Positions 37,269 through 49,775 are shown, counted from the first letter of the whole stretch. The stretch: 61,568 nt of DNA, filler included, from Choristocarpus tenellus KU-1152 (GCA_964200185.2; 12 parts of 12 records of this genome joined end to end with filler, not necessarily neighbours in it); one strand, 5' to 3'. Notes: a model not told the origin generated them from the sequence alone. Program-made: numbers and translations.

Positions 37269-37347
37269 GAGTGAAAGTATCTTAGAGGGTACGAGTTTTT
37301 CCCTGTTTGTCCATTTGGGGCTTGGCTTCCCATGGGTTTTTAATGAC
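37269..37347. mobile_element. MITE family A end, truncated by the contig end
   Basis: GAGTGAAAGTATCTTAGAGGGTACGAG…cttggcttcccatgggttt. Confidence 0.85.
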
Positions 37348-37470
37348 NNNNNNNNNNNNNNNNNNNNNNNNNNNNNNNNNNNNNNNNNNNNTTAATTAAT
37401 TAANNNNNNNNNNNNNNNNNNNNNNNNNNNNNNNNNNNNNNNNNNNNTTTTTTTTTGGGAAGGGGAAAAA

Positions 37471-37509
<39 letters not shown>

Positions 37510-37526
37510 AGCAGAAGATACTCCAC

Positions 37527-39244
37527 CTGAGGGGTGTTCAGAACTGAACATGTGCATATCCTCACAGCTAATCGGATTAGACAAAATCCAGCGACGCTTT
37601 CCCGCCAGTAGAGCCACCATGTTCCGGGAGCCGTCATAGTGTGCATCTGCTATCACCTACCATATTCTCAACATCATTCACAACGATCAGCGCAACAGGG
37701 ATTCGGAGCTGAGAAGTCAAAACATAACAGAAAAATAAGAATAAAATTATATATATATATATATATATATATCATGAAGGTGCAACCGAGCAATCTTCAG
37801 AGAGGTTGGAGTCGCACTACTAACACCACAGGACAAGGGGAACACACTAAAGGGGACGAGGCAGGTCAAGGCGGGGCAGGAAAGGAAGGGCGATAATCTC
37901 AGTCGGCAATGTTTGTAGATGACAAGGGGAAAGGGGGGCTACTATTACCACGACCCCATGTCAGAGAAGAATGTGGAGTGACGGAGCTAGGGGTAAGGTA
38001 GGATAGGTAGAGAGGGTAGCCTATTGACACACTTCAAACTTTACGTGCTGTTATCCATCTGTATCCTAGAATGTACCAAGTCCATAGTGTCTACAACCAT
38101 TAACACTTCTGAGTGCTACGTAGTACATTACTACTTCTACTGCAAGAAAGCACATTCATGTTGAATTGAGGCTCATTTTCCTAAACACACATGAAATGCA
38201 AATAAATATCAGCTGCACACTATCTCCACGTATAAAACACATGTATCTCTGGACCTGTGAGTCAGGTGGACGTAACGTTTGCATGCATCATGTACGTAAA
38301 ACAACATCCCCCCCCCCCCCACCCCCCCCCCCCCCCCCCCCAAAAACACCCCAAAACCACAAACCCCCCCCGACCACCCAAGAATCAGGAANNNNNNNNN
38401 NATGCATCATGTACGTAAAACAACCTCCCCCCCACCCCCACCCCCACCCCCACCCAAAAAAAAGTCTCCAAGAAACAGGTTCTTCAGGGATATTTGGAAG
38501 GCATATGCACGTACTCTGTCTCCGAGCGCCGTGAAGCGCCGTAATTCAACTCAACCAATCATAATCAACCACCTAAATTCAATACAACTCTTCAAGCGCT
38601 GCGGGCTCTGCTGGAATGAATTCCTACTCACGGCAGACACCCCCCCCCCTTGATTCTCTTTTTCCACTCAGCGAATCACGGGGGCTCGCTTTTTCACACA
38701 CTGCTGTGCTCACAGGTGCGCACACACACACACACACACACCACCCAACCATCTCGAGTCAAAATCGAGAGCACTAAAAAATAAAAATAAGAAAAAACTC
38801 TTCTTTTTGGTAGTTTAGAGCCGGTTTAACGTATATATATATATATATATATATATTTATCCCTAAAACGAAACGATTCGATTTGCCAAAACACCCCTCT
38901 CAAAATCTGGCTCGTCTCATCCCCTTCATTCCCCTTCGCAAGGTCGATGCATGCGACGGGTTATGTATATGCATACGCGCACGGGGACGGTGACATTACA
39001 TAATATGCCTGAAGACACCTCACCCCGTCCATGCCGAAGCGGCAGTGGATGCCTTTGTTTGAGTACCCCTTCTCCCTGCTCAGGAACAGCTCCCTTGCAC
39101 TGGATACCCCGTCGTCAGCGCCACTGCTTACGTCGCCCTTCCTGCCTTGGAAGAAGGGCAGGGATGAGTCCACAAACGAGTTGGGTCTCTTGGGCGTGTG
39201 GGACACCCGAAAGTAGTACTTCTCAGGGCTGTCGGAATCCTCTG
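37527..39244 (-). CDS. JmjC/cupin-like 2OG-Fe(II) dioxygenase, two internal exons
   Basis: Exons 39244-39024 and 37656-37527 join in phase 0 to give KGIHCRFGMDG|VIADAHYDGSRNMVALLAGKRRWILSNP…HPS. This has the HxD metal motif and the G.KRW strand of cupin_8/JmjC domains. Confidence 0.8.
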
Positions 39245-40505
39245 CTGGCGAAAGCAAGAGACACAGGCATTCAACAAAAAGAAACAATAAATAAATAAAT
39301 AAATAAAATTTAAAAATGTTAAGAAAAATAAAATGCGATGAAGAAAAACTAGAGTACGTAGTACATCGATTAGCAATCAAGGCAAAAAAAGAACAAAATA
39401 AAATGATCGAGAATATACATTTCTAGTTCTTGAGAAGTAAGCAACAAAAAAAACAACTTGCAGTACCTTCCTTTACAGCCTGAGCTTTCATCCGGAGGCA
39501 GATTAAACACCAAGAATAGAGTACACAGCAATAAAAAACATGTGCTGGGGTTTGTTGTTGCGAGCAGGGATAGAGTGGGCTCTGCTGTGGATTGGGCGTG
39601 GGGGTCCCAAGAAGGCGAGACCTCTTGGGAGGTGGGGGTTGAAGATCTGTTGTATCAATTAGACATTACACTGCAGCAAAATGGGGACTGATGAGAGGGA
39701 GGGTTAAACTGGTGGGCGGGAAGGGTGCTACAGGGGTATATGGGCCCCTAAGACAAACTGGTCATCTCAGGTGGATGAGGAAGAGGCATAGGGCAGCTTT
39801 GGTAGCGAGTGGGTGGGTGCCATGGAGAGAGCAAGTGAGCCACGAGGAAGTTTCTCGACTCTTGCAACTGGATAGTCAACTAGCTACCTTAGGAAAGAGG
39901 TTGTGGAAAGACAAAAGGGTAGAGCGGATGCATCAACAACAGAGAGAGATTTGAATAACTTGAATGAGACTGTTTCGAGATTTTGTCGAGTTCAGAATGT
40001 GGGGGGGATGCAGGATGCAGGAGTCACAACAGTAACTAACTCTGCATCCACGGAAAAAAAAGGCCCGAAATGCCGAATTGAGTCAATAGGACACATCCTG
40101 CAACATCCCCAATCCCAGATTCTACTATCATTAACAGGCATAACTTCTTCAATGTCTCAACGTAGAAATCAAACAAGAAAAACCAAAGTTCTATGAGTAT
40201 GGTGCTGCTTCCTTGACAAAAACAGACATCAGGTGTTCAGACAGGTAGCGACGGATGAAGGTGGTTTCTCCTCCAAAAAAGGAACGGGTCTTGCGTGAGT
40301 CCAAGGGGGAGGGGGGGGGGGGGGGTATCGCAGACAGAAATCAATTCTGAATTGTAAGCTCGAAAGATAATTGTTCAGGCAAGGGGGGTTGGGAACCCTT
40401 TTTTTNNNNNNNNNNNNNNNNNNNNNNNNNNNNNNNNNNNNNNNNNNNNTTAATTAATTAANNNNNNNNNNNNNNNNNNNNNNNNNNNNNNNNNNNNNNN
40501 NNNNN

Positions 40506-40558
40506 ACCGAAACGGACGCCCCCTCACAAACCAACCCCCTCCCCCCAGATACTTTGAC
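40506..40558. mobile_element. MITE family D-like TIR end
   Basis: ccccctccccccagatactttgacc matches the right end of 10063-10240. Confidence 0.6.
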
Positions 40559-40569
40559 CAAGTAATGAC

Positions 40570-41700
40570 ATGCTAATCGAAGCCTTCACTTTCTCAAGAT
40601 CAAGGGAAGCACCTCACTCGTCAGCAAAAGGCCTCCAATATGCAATCGACTCTATCCCTAAAAGCATCTTTTGGGTGCAAACTTCATAGTATACTTTTTC
40701 AGACTCTCCAACAATAGACTCAAGTCATGAAGGTTTTCCTGCAACCCCTTGGAGCCGCATACCAAGTCGCCAATACAAGTTTTCCTCCCCAACCCATCAA
40801 CCACAACCTGCATAGGTCTATTGAATAGTCCTAGACTACTTGAAGTCTCCATTGACATGCACCTCCACTGATGCACACTGTAGGGTACAAAAAATGCAAT
40901 CGGTAGCACAGCACCCTTCTATCCACCAGTCATATGAGCGATTGAAGACACTTCTGATACCCCCAACCTCTGCAACATATATCAATGGGATTGGTAATTG
41001 TCGATTCATAGTGTATTTGTTTACACACCTGTAATTTGCCGTAATTCGTCGTAGATCAATGGATTCTCTCTACACTTGCTGTTTCATCTCTGACAAACGT
41101 GCATACACTCGATATACTACAAGGGTCACCCTCCTTCCCCAAATATGGCTCTAGACTTTCATTAGAGGAACTGTGGTGAAACGCCTTCCTATCAATCATT
41201 TGTAAACGCTGGGAAGAGAATCAACCTAAGGCATCCCGCCCCACAAGAAAGTACATTTTCACGGTTAGGGTGGGACATTATGCGGGAAACTTTTGAACAT
41301 AGAAGTAGTAGAATATACACATCAGTCCACTCACTCTCCTGACAACCACAAATGGAAAGAAACTGCAGGTCTAGACATGAGGAGGAGGAAAGACAAATAC
41401 CATATCCCTGTCCAAACTCCTTCCAATGACAAGGAGTCATATCAACAAAGGCATCGGGGTTACCAAGACCGAGATTGTAGCAGTGCTCCCAAACACGATG
41501 CCAAAGGAAGGTTTGGGGAGAGCCAGTGTCAAGCGATGCTGAACACCCATACACCCACGCTTGTAGCTCCTCCCGCAAAAATTCTAACATCCGCCACGCC
41601 ACATAGGTGCTCGGCCCATTCATTTCAGCACCACTTGTGAGTCGCCTAGACCCAAACTCTCCTCCAGCTGGACAATCATACAATTTACAGTGAGTCCAAC
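40570..41700 (-). pseudogene. Ty3/gypsy pol relic (aspartic protease + reverse transcriptase)
   Basis: Protease motif ASLDTGSPQTF at about 41510-41539. RT segment IAFFVPYSVHQWRCMSMETSSSLGLFNRPMQVVVDGL…CIGDLV…HDLSLLLESLKKYTMKFAPKRC at 40658-40909. Confidence 0.8.
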
Positions 41701-44180
41701 ATGCTTGAGTTTTCTTCTAACATAAACAAGTGAACCGGTCTGTACCCTTTGCTTGACTAAACTCTATCAGTCAATCCCAAAATGGCACCAACCATAACCG
41801 ACAAGAAGCAATATCCTTCCCCAGGCTGCAGTGCTGGAACCTTGTTTTTGGAGTTGTTGTCATTAATATTTCCAAAGTCGTCACTTATCTATTGAATACA
41901 ACACACAAACTCTCGACCTTGTACTTCTTCTTCCTCGTTCTGCTCCACGAGTGGTCCGAAGGCCAGACGAAACCACTTTGCCACCCCATCAGACAAGGCA
42001 CAGGGGGTTCTTCTCTTGAGAGACTATACCTCGTTGCTCGCAAGCCCTAATTCATCCCATCTACATTGCGGCTTTCATCATATTCCTCTCACTCCTCTTC
42101 CTCAGCACCCAACAATGCAAAAAGGTTGTTGGCATTATCCGTGATATCCAACCAGTCAGCGTCAGTCGCCCAACGAGCAAGTCAGTCAAAAAACGAGCCA
42201 CAACCAGACAGTTAGACCAACAAACCTACATACACAAAGACACTTGCATCTAACGTACCCAACCCTCAATCTAAACCTAAATCCAAAAAATAGAATGAAA
42301 ACCTTAAAAACGATCGTCAACGAAAAAAGAAGAGTAATTTGAGATGGTGAAGGAGGAAGCAAGACCCCCAAATTTATAATTTATAGATCCCACAACCCAA
42401 TATTAACAAGAGTAGATACCATTTTTTTAGTATTTTTTTAACGTAAGACTTATCTTACGACAATTAGCCATAATATGTGTGTTTTCCTAACAAAAGAACC
42501 ATTTCACCCTTCTTTGTGGAAATTTTCTATCATGTGTAATACACATGGGATACCTCTTTCTATAGTATTGTTGTGCTTTCAAAACCAACAACAGAATCAT
42601 TATATATCTCCTGACGTCATACCTGCGGCAAAATGTCCTGTCGTATGGGATGCCTCTTTCTGGGTACTACTCATTGCAAGACTCAAACCACTTCCTCACT
42701 TCGATCATAGATAGTATATACTACCCACAACAAACATCGATTTAGAGGTATGATATTATTTAATGCTAGTAGTATTATCAAGAGTATAATTTATATCAAA
42801 ATATAACACAACACTATCACACAATACCACCAAGTATGTTTTTCATGATGCAGGAAATTCATACTACTTCCAACCAAACTTCAAGCTTCAAACTTCAATA
42901 TAACAGAAAATAATAGCAATTGTAGTAGTTCTATTGTTGTTGAAATGAAGTGTTCCACGTACAGACCAGTCACTCATTGCTACCTCTACCACTGTTAATA
43001 TTAATATGTTATAGCCGCCTTCACTACAACGTTTGAGGCCCCCTTGCAAGCCCCACCCTCACTTCTTCCCTGTGTCACTCCTCCGGTGAGTGGCCTTTTT
43101 TGGGTTAACTGCCCTTTCTTGTCATCTCCCTCCCTCCCAAATCCTCTTTTGGGTCTTTCTGTTACCCTTCTTCTGACGAGACCTCTGCTGGTTTCCAACA
43201 GTTCCAAGTAAACCTATTTTGTATTATTGTGGTTAGCATGGAAGTGAAATGTGAACCAATTTAAATCTAAGTTAGTCCATGGAGATCAGGACACATCCAT
43301 ACTCACCAATATTATGACTGCTGGGTGTTACTTTTCTCAACTTCTCTTTCCTTTGTTTGGATTGATTATAGTTGTGTTCCTCTTCCATTCTGTGGTAAGT
43401 GGTGAGTGGTGCTTGGATTGAATACATCAGGTATGACACTGAATAATGCTATATTTTCCCTCCCCATTCTCCTATGATCTTGTGATACGACACTATCAAT
43501 GATATCCTATACCACCCAGCTATTGCACACCTTCTGTGTTATGTCCGGGGGGTTTGACTACCGTCCTGTCCTGCGTTTTTCCTAATTCCATTTTCTTCGC
43601 ATTTTTCTATAGCGTCTTCAGTATTTCTCAAGTTTTGCGTAACAGTATTTCCTTCAGCTACCTTTTGACCGCGGGTTCAGGACCCCTCAGACTATAATGT
43701 GAAAACATTAACCGAACTATTTCAATGCACCCAGCAGCTTAACAGCTATTCTCAAGTTATGTGTAAGCCTGAAGAATGTAGGCCATCATGAGAACTTTGA
43801 CTGTATGATGAAATTCTATAACTTTTCAGAAGCCGCAATACAACAGCCAATTTATTCTCAAGCTACGGTTTTTTCACAGTAACAATGACAACCGCAACAA
43901 TACCCTCTTTACACTTTCCGTGCGCATACCTACCACTCACGCTAGTTAGAGCGCGAGTAGGAATACATTACTATTGTGGATCCATGGGCACAACGAAAAA
44001 AATGCCTTATCGTTATTGTACTTCAAATTTCATTATAAATCCAATAATACATTATTGACTTACTTTACTCACATCAACTACTGAAATATCAGTTAAATTG
44101 AATACCTGATTTAGGTGGAGATAAATAAGTTAATTAATATAAATTTAATCAACCGAAGGAGGACAAGAAACTCTGTTAAT

Positions 44181-44247
44181 AACAGCCGATTTCAAAAATT
44201 GAGGATGGAGCTTTTCATTGAGGATGGGCTTGACCCAAAATTGACTG
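44181..44247. mobile_element. MITE family C, left end (truncated)
   Basis: AACAGCCGATTTCAAAAATTGAGGATGG…gggcttgacccaaaattgactg, as at 3546. Confidence 0.85.
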
Positions 44248-44347
44248 NNNNNNNNNNNNNNNNNNNNNNNNNNNNNNNNNNNNNNNNNNNNTTAATTAAT
44301 TAANNNNNNNNNNNNNNNNNNNNNNNNNNNNNNNNNNNNNNNNNNNN

Positions 44348-44414
44348 CCGAGGGAAGCCAAGCCCCAAATGGACAAACAGGGCAAAACTAGTACCCTCTA
44401 AGGTACTTTCACTC
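44348..44414. mobile_element. MITE family A TIR end followed by TTAA
   Basis: ggaagccaagccccaaatggacaaacagggcaaaactagtaccctctaaggtactttcactc. Confidence 0.85.
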
Positions 44415-44570
44415 TTAAATCCGTGTTCTGGAAAACGCGTTTATTCTCGCTGTGATGAAATAGAAACTAGATTCTAATCTGGTTTCAGGCAACAGTCGGT
44501 CTTGGGCACGATAGAATTGAATTCGAAGCCGGGCGTATGAACGATGTTTGAGTTTGCGGCAATCCGTCGG

Positions 44571-45115
44571 ACCACCCTGAAATCCATGATCCGGAAAATA
44601 CGTGCATTATGGTTTTTAGAAATTAATAATTCGATTATATTCGTAATTTCAATAAATAAAAATACAAAGCACTTACTTAATTGATCTTATACGTTTCAAA
44701 TGTTCCAAAACTAAAAGGTCACAAAAAACTGATACTCTCTATCTGTTTTAAATATGAAATCGTATACTGTTTGATATTCATATTTTTTGGAACACAATTA
44801 TCAACGGAAAGAGAAATCTGAGTTCTTTGGGGACCGACCGACCAGCCTGAAATCCATGTTCTTGAAAATACGTGTATTCTGGTTTGTATGAAATAAAAAT
44901 TATATTCTATTCTTATTATCAACAAATAAAAATACAAACCACATACTTCGTTGATCTAATACGTTTGAAATGTTCCGAAAAGTAAAGTTTACAAAAAACT
45001 GATACTCTCTATCTGTTTTAAATATGAAATTGTATACTGTTCGATATTCATATTTTTTGGAACACAATTATCAACGGAAAGAGAAATCTGAGTTCTTTGG
45101 GCACCGACCGACCAG
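44571..45115. repeat. 270-bp AT-rich tandem repeat (2 full units plus a partial unit at about 44417)
   Basis: acca(c/g)cctgaaatccatg at 44571 and 44841, accag at 45111, acaaaaaactgatactctct at 44721 and 44991. Confidence 0.92.
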
Positions 45116-45220
45116 ATGAAATAAAGCAGTACCTCCCAGCCCTCACTCCTCATTTCCATTCCTTCCCTTCCGCACATACCACCAGCAGCTTATCTCCGTC
45201 AAACCTTCCCAATCTTCGCC

Positions 45221-47413
45221 ATGTCCAACATTCGCTCAACAACGACCCCCCTGCGCGCCAATGGCGCTGCCCACGGATCGAGAGCGTTGGACAGCAATGC
45301 CAAGGGCATATCCTCGCTCCTCGAACAGCACTACCTTGGCATGTACACGATGAAACTCGGCAACATCACATGCACGGAGATGGTGTGTCCCCTGAGCGAG
45401 CATGGCCTTGCCTGCGTCAGCAAGTCTATCCGTGAAAAAGGCTGGCTCGAGCAATTTGCTCGGTCCATCGTCATCCAACAAGACTGCTTAGGCAACGGGG
45501 ACCAGCTCACCGCCGACACTGCGCTTGCCGTTCAAGGACGAACACTGGACGGAAACCATAGAATAATGGTGTTGAAGAGAGAGATTGATCACGAATGCGC
45601 TTTCATGATGCGGGTCTACATGGAGTTCAACTGAGCAGAAGAGAGGCTAATTGCCAACGGTGAGTGATGGAGTGTTGTCGTTTTTCCATGATCGCCTGAC
45701 TCTTCTGATCAACTAAGCAACTAAGTAAGTTGAGTGTTGTCATTGTTCCATGATCGCCTGACTCTTCTGATCAACTAAGCTACTAAGTAAGTTGAGTGTT
45801 GTCATTGTTCCATGATTGCCTGATGACTCTTCTGATCTACCAAGTTGCCGAGTTTCCTTTGTTTGGTTCATCATCAGTCAGCCCGTTGTTGATCTTTTTG
45901 TTGATCTTTTATCCCTTGTGGTGTTTCTGTCAGCAGCAACATGTTGCTCACTACTGCCTGCCGCGTTTGTCCCGCGACCGCTTCCCACTTACCCCTTGCC
46001 CCGTTTGCCCACTGCACCGCCACGCTTATAGCATTCAACGACGCGACCAAGAGTGTGGTTGAGTGCATGCTGTACGAGAAGGTATATTTTCAGCACGAGC
46101 TCGAAGAAGCTATCAAGCGCCAGGCGAAGAACAAAGAAGTGTCACTAGCAGAGATGCGCAAAATGTACAAAAAGGTGAGGGAGTTGTCAACGTTGGTGGG
46201 ATAGTGGCGCTCTACTCCTTCTCTTGTTGGGTTACAACTGTTGCGAAGATCTCTCTGTGTCCTCCTATTCAACCTAAGTTCAGATAGTTATCCCGTGTTT
46301 AGCAACCCTGTCAACCAAATGCTTGATTTTCGGATGACCATGTAGTATGTGTGTGTGCAAAATCACAGACGAAGTGAACAGTTTCTTCTTTCAGCACTAG
46401 GTAGGCCAGGCCGCTGAGTATCATTCCCCCTCCCCCCCCCCCTCCCCCGGGTAAGGTCCACTCCTTACCCGGACTGTTGCGGTGTTGCCTGAATTAATAA
46501 ACACACGATGCATCATTTTGTGAACCAAACCCTCTCCTTCATTGGCAACCACATGCTGTGTCTGTGTTGCATACACACGAACAATAAAAAGACTCCTTGT
46601 TTGTTTTATCATTAGGCCAGGCCGCTGAATAGCACCCCCCCACACTCATACATACCCTGTTGGCGTAGTAATAACAATGCCTCATCCTGGCTGGCTGGGT
46701 GCATCATATTATTATTTTCTGCCCATTGCGAAGGAGGGCGGTACTCCCCCGCCGAAAACAACTCTACGAAACTGGCAGCAAGGTGTAAAGTCCCTTCAAC
46801 CAGAGTCCTTCGAGGTACTGAAGGAAGTGCGTGAGACCTCGTCACCACAGGTCAACCGCAACGCGGTCACACTGAGCTATCTGAGTCACAAGGAGTTTGC
46901 CGGCTTCACTTCTCTCAAGCAGGGGCTATGCATCCATCTGCTTGGGAGGCAAGTCAAACCGCCACTGTGTTTTATCGTGTAGACAGCAGTAAGCGACATG
47001 GGTGCCGGTCGCAGCACCTTATACAGGAACGTTCAAGAAGTGTCTCCTACGATGAAGACCATAGTCGGGCACTGTTGTATCGAACGACAAGCCGTTCGTA
47101 GTACTGTGGAAAGACTACCTGCAGTGAATGTTTCCTGTGTATGTGTGCTCTTGTCTTTTCTGAACTGCGACAATCGTTCCATAGAATATTTTCTGCAGTG
47201 GCGACCCTTTACTCATCATTACCTGCGCATCGTTCTCGTTGACGTCCTTCATTGCCATTCTCTTTTTGCAGGTACAAGTCGTTCAACGGGAAGAATCCTA
47301 CGGCAAGGGACTACAAGGAGATCGAATCGGACGCGCACATATCCGAGATGCTTATCTCACACACCAGGCAGATTGTACCCAAGGAGAAGTGGACACCAGA
47401 GCTCCAAAGGTTG
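45221..47413 (+). pseudogene. Spliced ParB-like (ParB/Srx N-domain + HTH) gene with one in-frame TGA; 3' partial
   Basis: Exons 45221-45659, 46032-46174, 46734-46948 (GC donor AG|GCAAGT) and 47272-about 47413, phase-consistent. Motifs SKSIREKGWL, LDGNHRI, EERLIANAFN…TLYEK-like and the HTH-like VSLAEMRKMY…KTTLRNWQQGVKSL. TGA at 45632-45634. Confidence 0.65.
45670..45847. repeat. 62-bp tandem repeat x3 in intron 1 of the ParB-like gene
   Basis: gagtgttgtc…ccatgatcgcctgactcttctgatcaactaagc.actaagtaagtt, starting at 45670, 45732 and 45794. Confidence 0.92.
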
Positions 47414-47679
47414 GTAAATGGTGCAGTTGCAGCGGTTCTCTTTTTTGCCTTTTCCGTATCTCCTGCGCACCCATACGTCGCCATGCGCCCCTCAATTGTA
47501 AAATATGCTGTCAGCGTCTTTTTCGACACCGCACTGATTGATTGTTGCAAAACTGCTCTGCACTTGGNNNNNNNNNNNNNNNNNNNNNNNNNNNNNNNNN
47601 NNNNNNNNNNNTTAATTAATTAANNNNNNNNNNNNNNNNNNNNNNNNNNNNNNNNNNNNNNNNNNNNGGCGGGGGGGGT

Positions 47680-47718
<39 letters not shown>

Positions 47719-48022
47719 GGAGGGGTCTGTCGCCTGAGTGAAACTGTCCAAGAGGGGGGAGTCGTTGATATGACAAAAAACAAAAATGTCGTTTTTTCCT
47801 CTTGGTTTCTTAAGTGTTGAGACATTTTTGGACGTTTGTTCAATATTTGCCGCGTCCAGTCGGAAATTGCGGCGAAACCCTAACCCTAATGGGTAGGAGG
47901 TTGGCTGTAGAAGAAGGCTAGGGTTAGTATGTGAAGAAACAAATTGGGAGTTGAGTTGAGAGTGCGGCTCTACTACAGTGCTCAAATAGCAGAAAACAAA
48001 AGGCAGTCAATAGGGGTTAAAT

Positions 48023-48210
48023 AAAAACTCAAAGACATCCCATTTCTTATTATGGTATCACTCTCTATCTATCTCTGTATCTGTGCACTCACTATAATAG
48101 TGTCAATAAAAACTCAACGACATCCCTTTTCTTAGATTGTATCACTCTCTCTCTCTCGATCTCTCTCTCTACATACATATATTTGTGCACTCACTTACAA
48201 TGGTGTCAAG
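48023..48210. repeat. Diverged tandem duplication of about 85-100 bp
   Basis: The block aaaactcaa.gacatccc.tttctta…gtatcactctct…tgtgcactcact…gtgtcaa occurs twice. Confidence 0.75.
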
Positions 48211-48780
48211 TCACTTCTCAACAACAAAACGTTTCTGAAAAAGACATCGGAGACACTGAATCGATTTGGACAGCGACCAGAAGCCCATTGGAAAGCATGT
48301 AACACCACCTTGCATTATTGAGATGCAAAATTTCTCACACTCATCTGCAATGCGTGGAACAACATCACAAAAATGTGTCGATGCTACTGTTTCAGGGCGT
48401 TTGAATCCTCCTTCCACAGGAGCGGCAAGAGTTTTTTTTTTCATACATACATACATACATACATACATACACAAATACATACAACACCAGAGCAAGGTGC
48501 TTGGTAACTTACCTTGGCACTCGACCATGCTTAATGTCGACGGGTGCGAGTCCTTCTCCGTGACTTCAGAAGATTCCTTTCCAATTGACTCCAGCTTTGA
48601 GAGTATTCTCACCAGCCATTGGCCCAACATAACCAGTCTGCCGTATTTAGTTAGGTTTGCCGGACAAGTACCCCTCTTCTTGGACGTTCGCACCGACTCC
48701 ATTATACTCTGCCTGGATCTCACTCAACTCATTAAGTACTCCTACCCCCCAGTGCAAAGAGGCTAGCTTCAAAGGGGGGT
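48211..48780 (-). pseudogene. Possible hAT transposase C-terminal relic (spliced)
   Basis: IADECEKF…FPMGFWSLSKSIQCLRCLF resembles the start of the hAT dimerisation domain. A CAAG|gtaagt donor at 48512 precedes a (CATA)n tract at 48442-48470. Confidence 0.3.
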
Positions 48781-49005
48781 TGTCGGATATGCAGGGCAAA
48801 GGGTGCGCCCCTCTTTAGCCTGGGGGGGGTTGGGGCATGAGATGTCTCAGGGGATGGTTGTGCAATGCGGTCTGTATAGGGCTGGCAATAGGGAGTGAGA
48901 TTGTTCCAGTGTTCAAGGAGGTCTTAGAGGGTGTGATGACTTGGGAGCTGTTGTCATTGGCGAGATGGCACCAAGACAAACCATATCTGCCCTCCAAGAG
49001 CACAA

Positions 49006-49270
49006 GAGTGAAAGTCTCTTATTAAGAGAGGGTACGAGTTTTGCCCTGTTTGTCCGTTTGGGGCTTGGCTTCCCATGGGGTTTTTTATTAAATATTCCTA
49101 CTCCAAAATGTTTTGGGGTAGGTAAAATGTATACGTTATGAAAAGGTGTGTCTGGAACAAGGATATTTACACTTCCTAACAAACACGATAGTCAAAATTT
49201 CATCAAAATCACAACATTAGATTTTGGCCCCCAAATGGACGCGGTTCTACCTTCTAAGATACTTTGGCTC
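49006..49270. mobile_element. MITE family A, complete (265 bp), 4-bp TSD ACAA
   Basis: GAGTGAAAGT…GAGGGTAC…CTACCTTCTAAGATACTTTGGCTC, with ACAA at 49002-49005 and 49271-49274. Confidence 0.9.
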
Positions 49271-49732
49271 ACAACCTTGGAGGAAATGTGATCAAGGGAT
49301 GCCTGTGACGAGGCTTTGTAAACGGGGTTGCTGTAAGGTACAGGATGGTCGCTTGAAAGCTTCACTGTTATATAGTGTGCACCTGTGTGTACGTATGTAT
49401 TGATTTTAGAGGCAAACTTAGGATATGTGAGTTTGGTCACTAATTTGCAAGGGACGTAGGTGTGTGACTTGTCCTTTCATTTTGCACCACTCCTTAAGAT
49501 GTATAAAACTCATTTTTCGTTTCAAGAGTTGCCTCTTTTCCATTTTTTTTGCAAAGAGGTGAATGCGAAGAAGGACCTTAGAGTGATTCTTTGAGTGTTT
49601 GTGGTGTTTTCGTCCCGTCACCGTTGGATATCGATTAAACACTGCGTACAGTTACTAAGATTATGTTCTAAAAGCGTTACAGAGATCAAAGAATAGATTG
49701 CAGAGTGTTATGGATAGGCTTAAATATTGTAG

Positions 49733-49775
49733 TATTATTATGCCCTCTGACATTTTGCATATGTGCCAGGGGTAA
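49733..49775 (-). mobile_element. SINE/LINE-like 3' tail copy
   Basis: tattattatgccctctgacattttgca.atgtg.cagggg. Confidence 0.55.

Noticed and set aside
38283-38460. Direct repeat atgcatcatgtacgtaaaacaac flanking a 10-N gap
   Set aside because: Most likely the same locus assembled twice around a poly-C tract.
45632-45634. Selenocysteine or readthrough TGA in the ParB-like gene
   Set aside because: Not at a Cys-type catalytic position, no SECIS is assessable, and CGA>TGA decay is simpler given the other CpG-type changes.
45670-45847. CRISPR-like array
   Set aside because: Units repeat along their whole length with no unique spacers, there are no cas genes, and the context is a eukaryotic intron.
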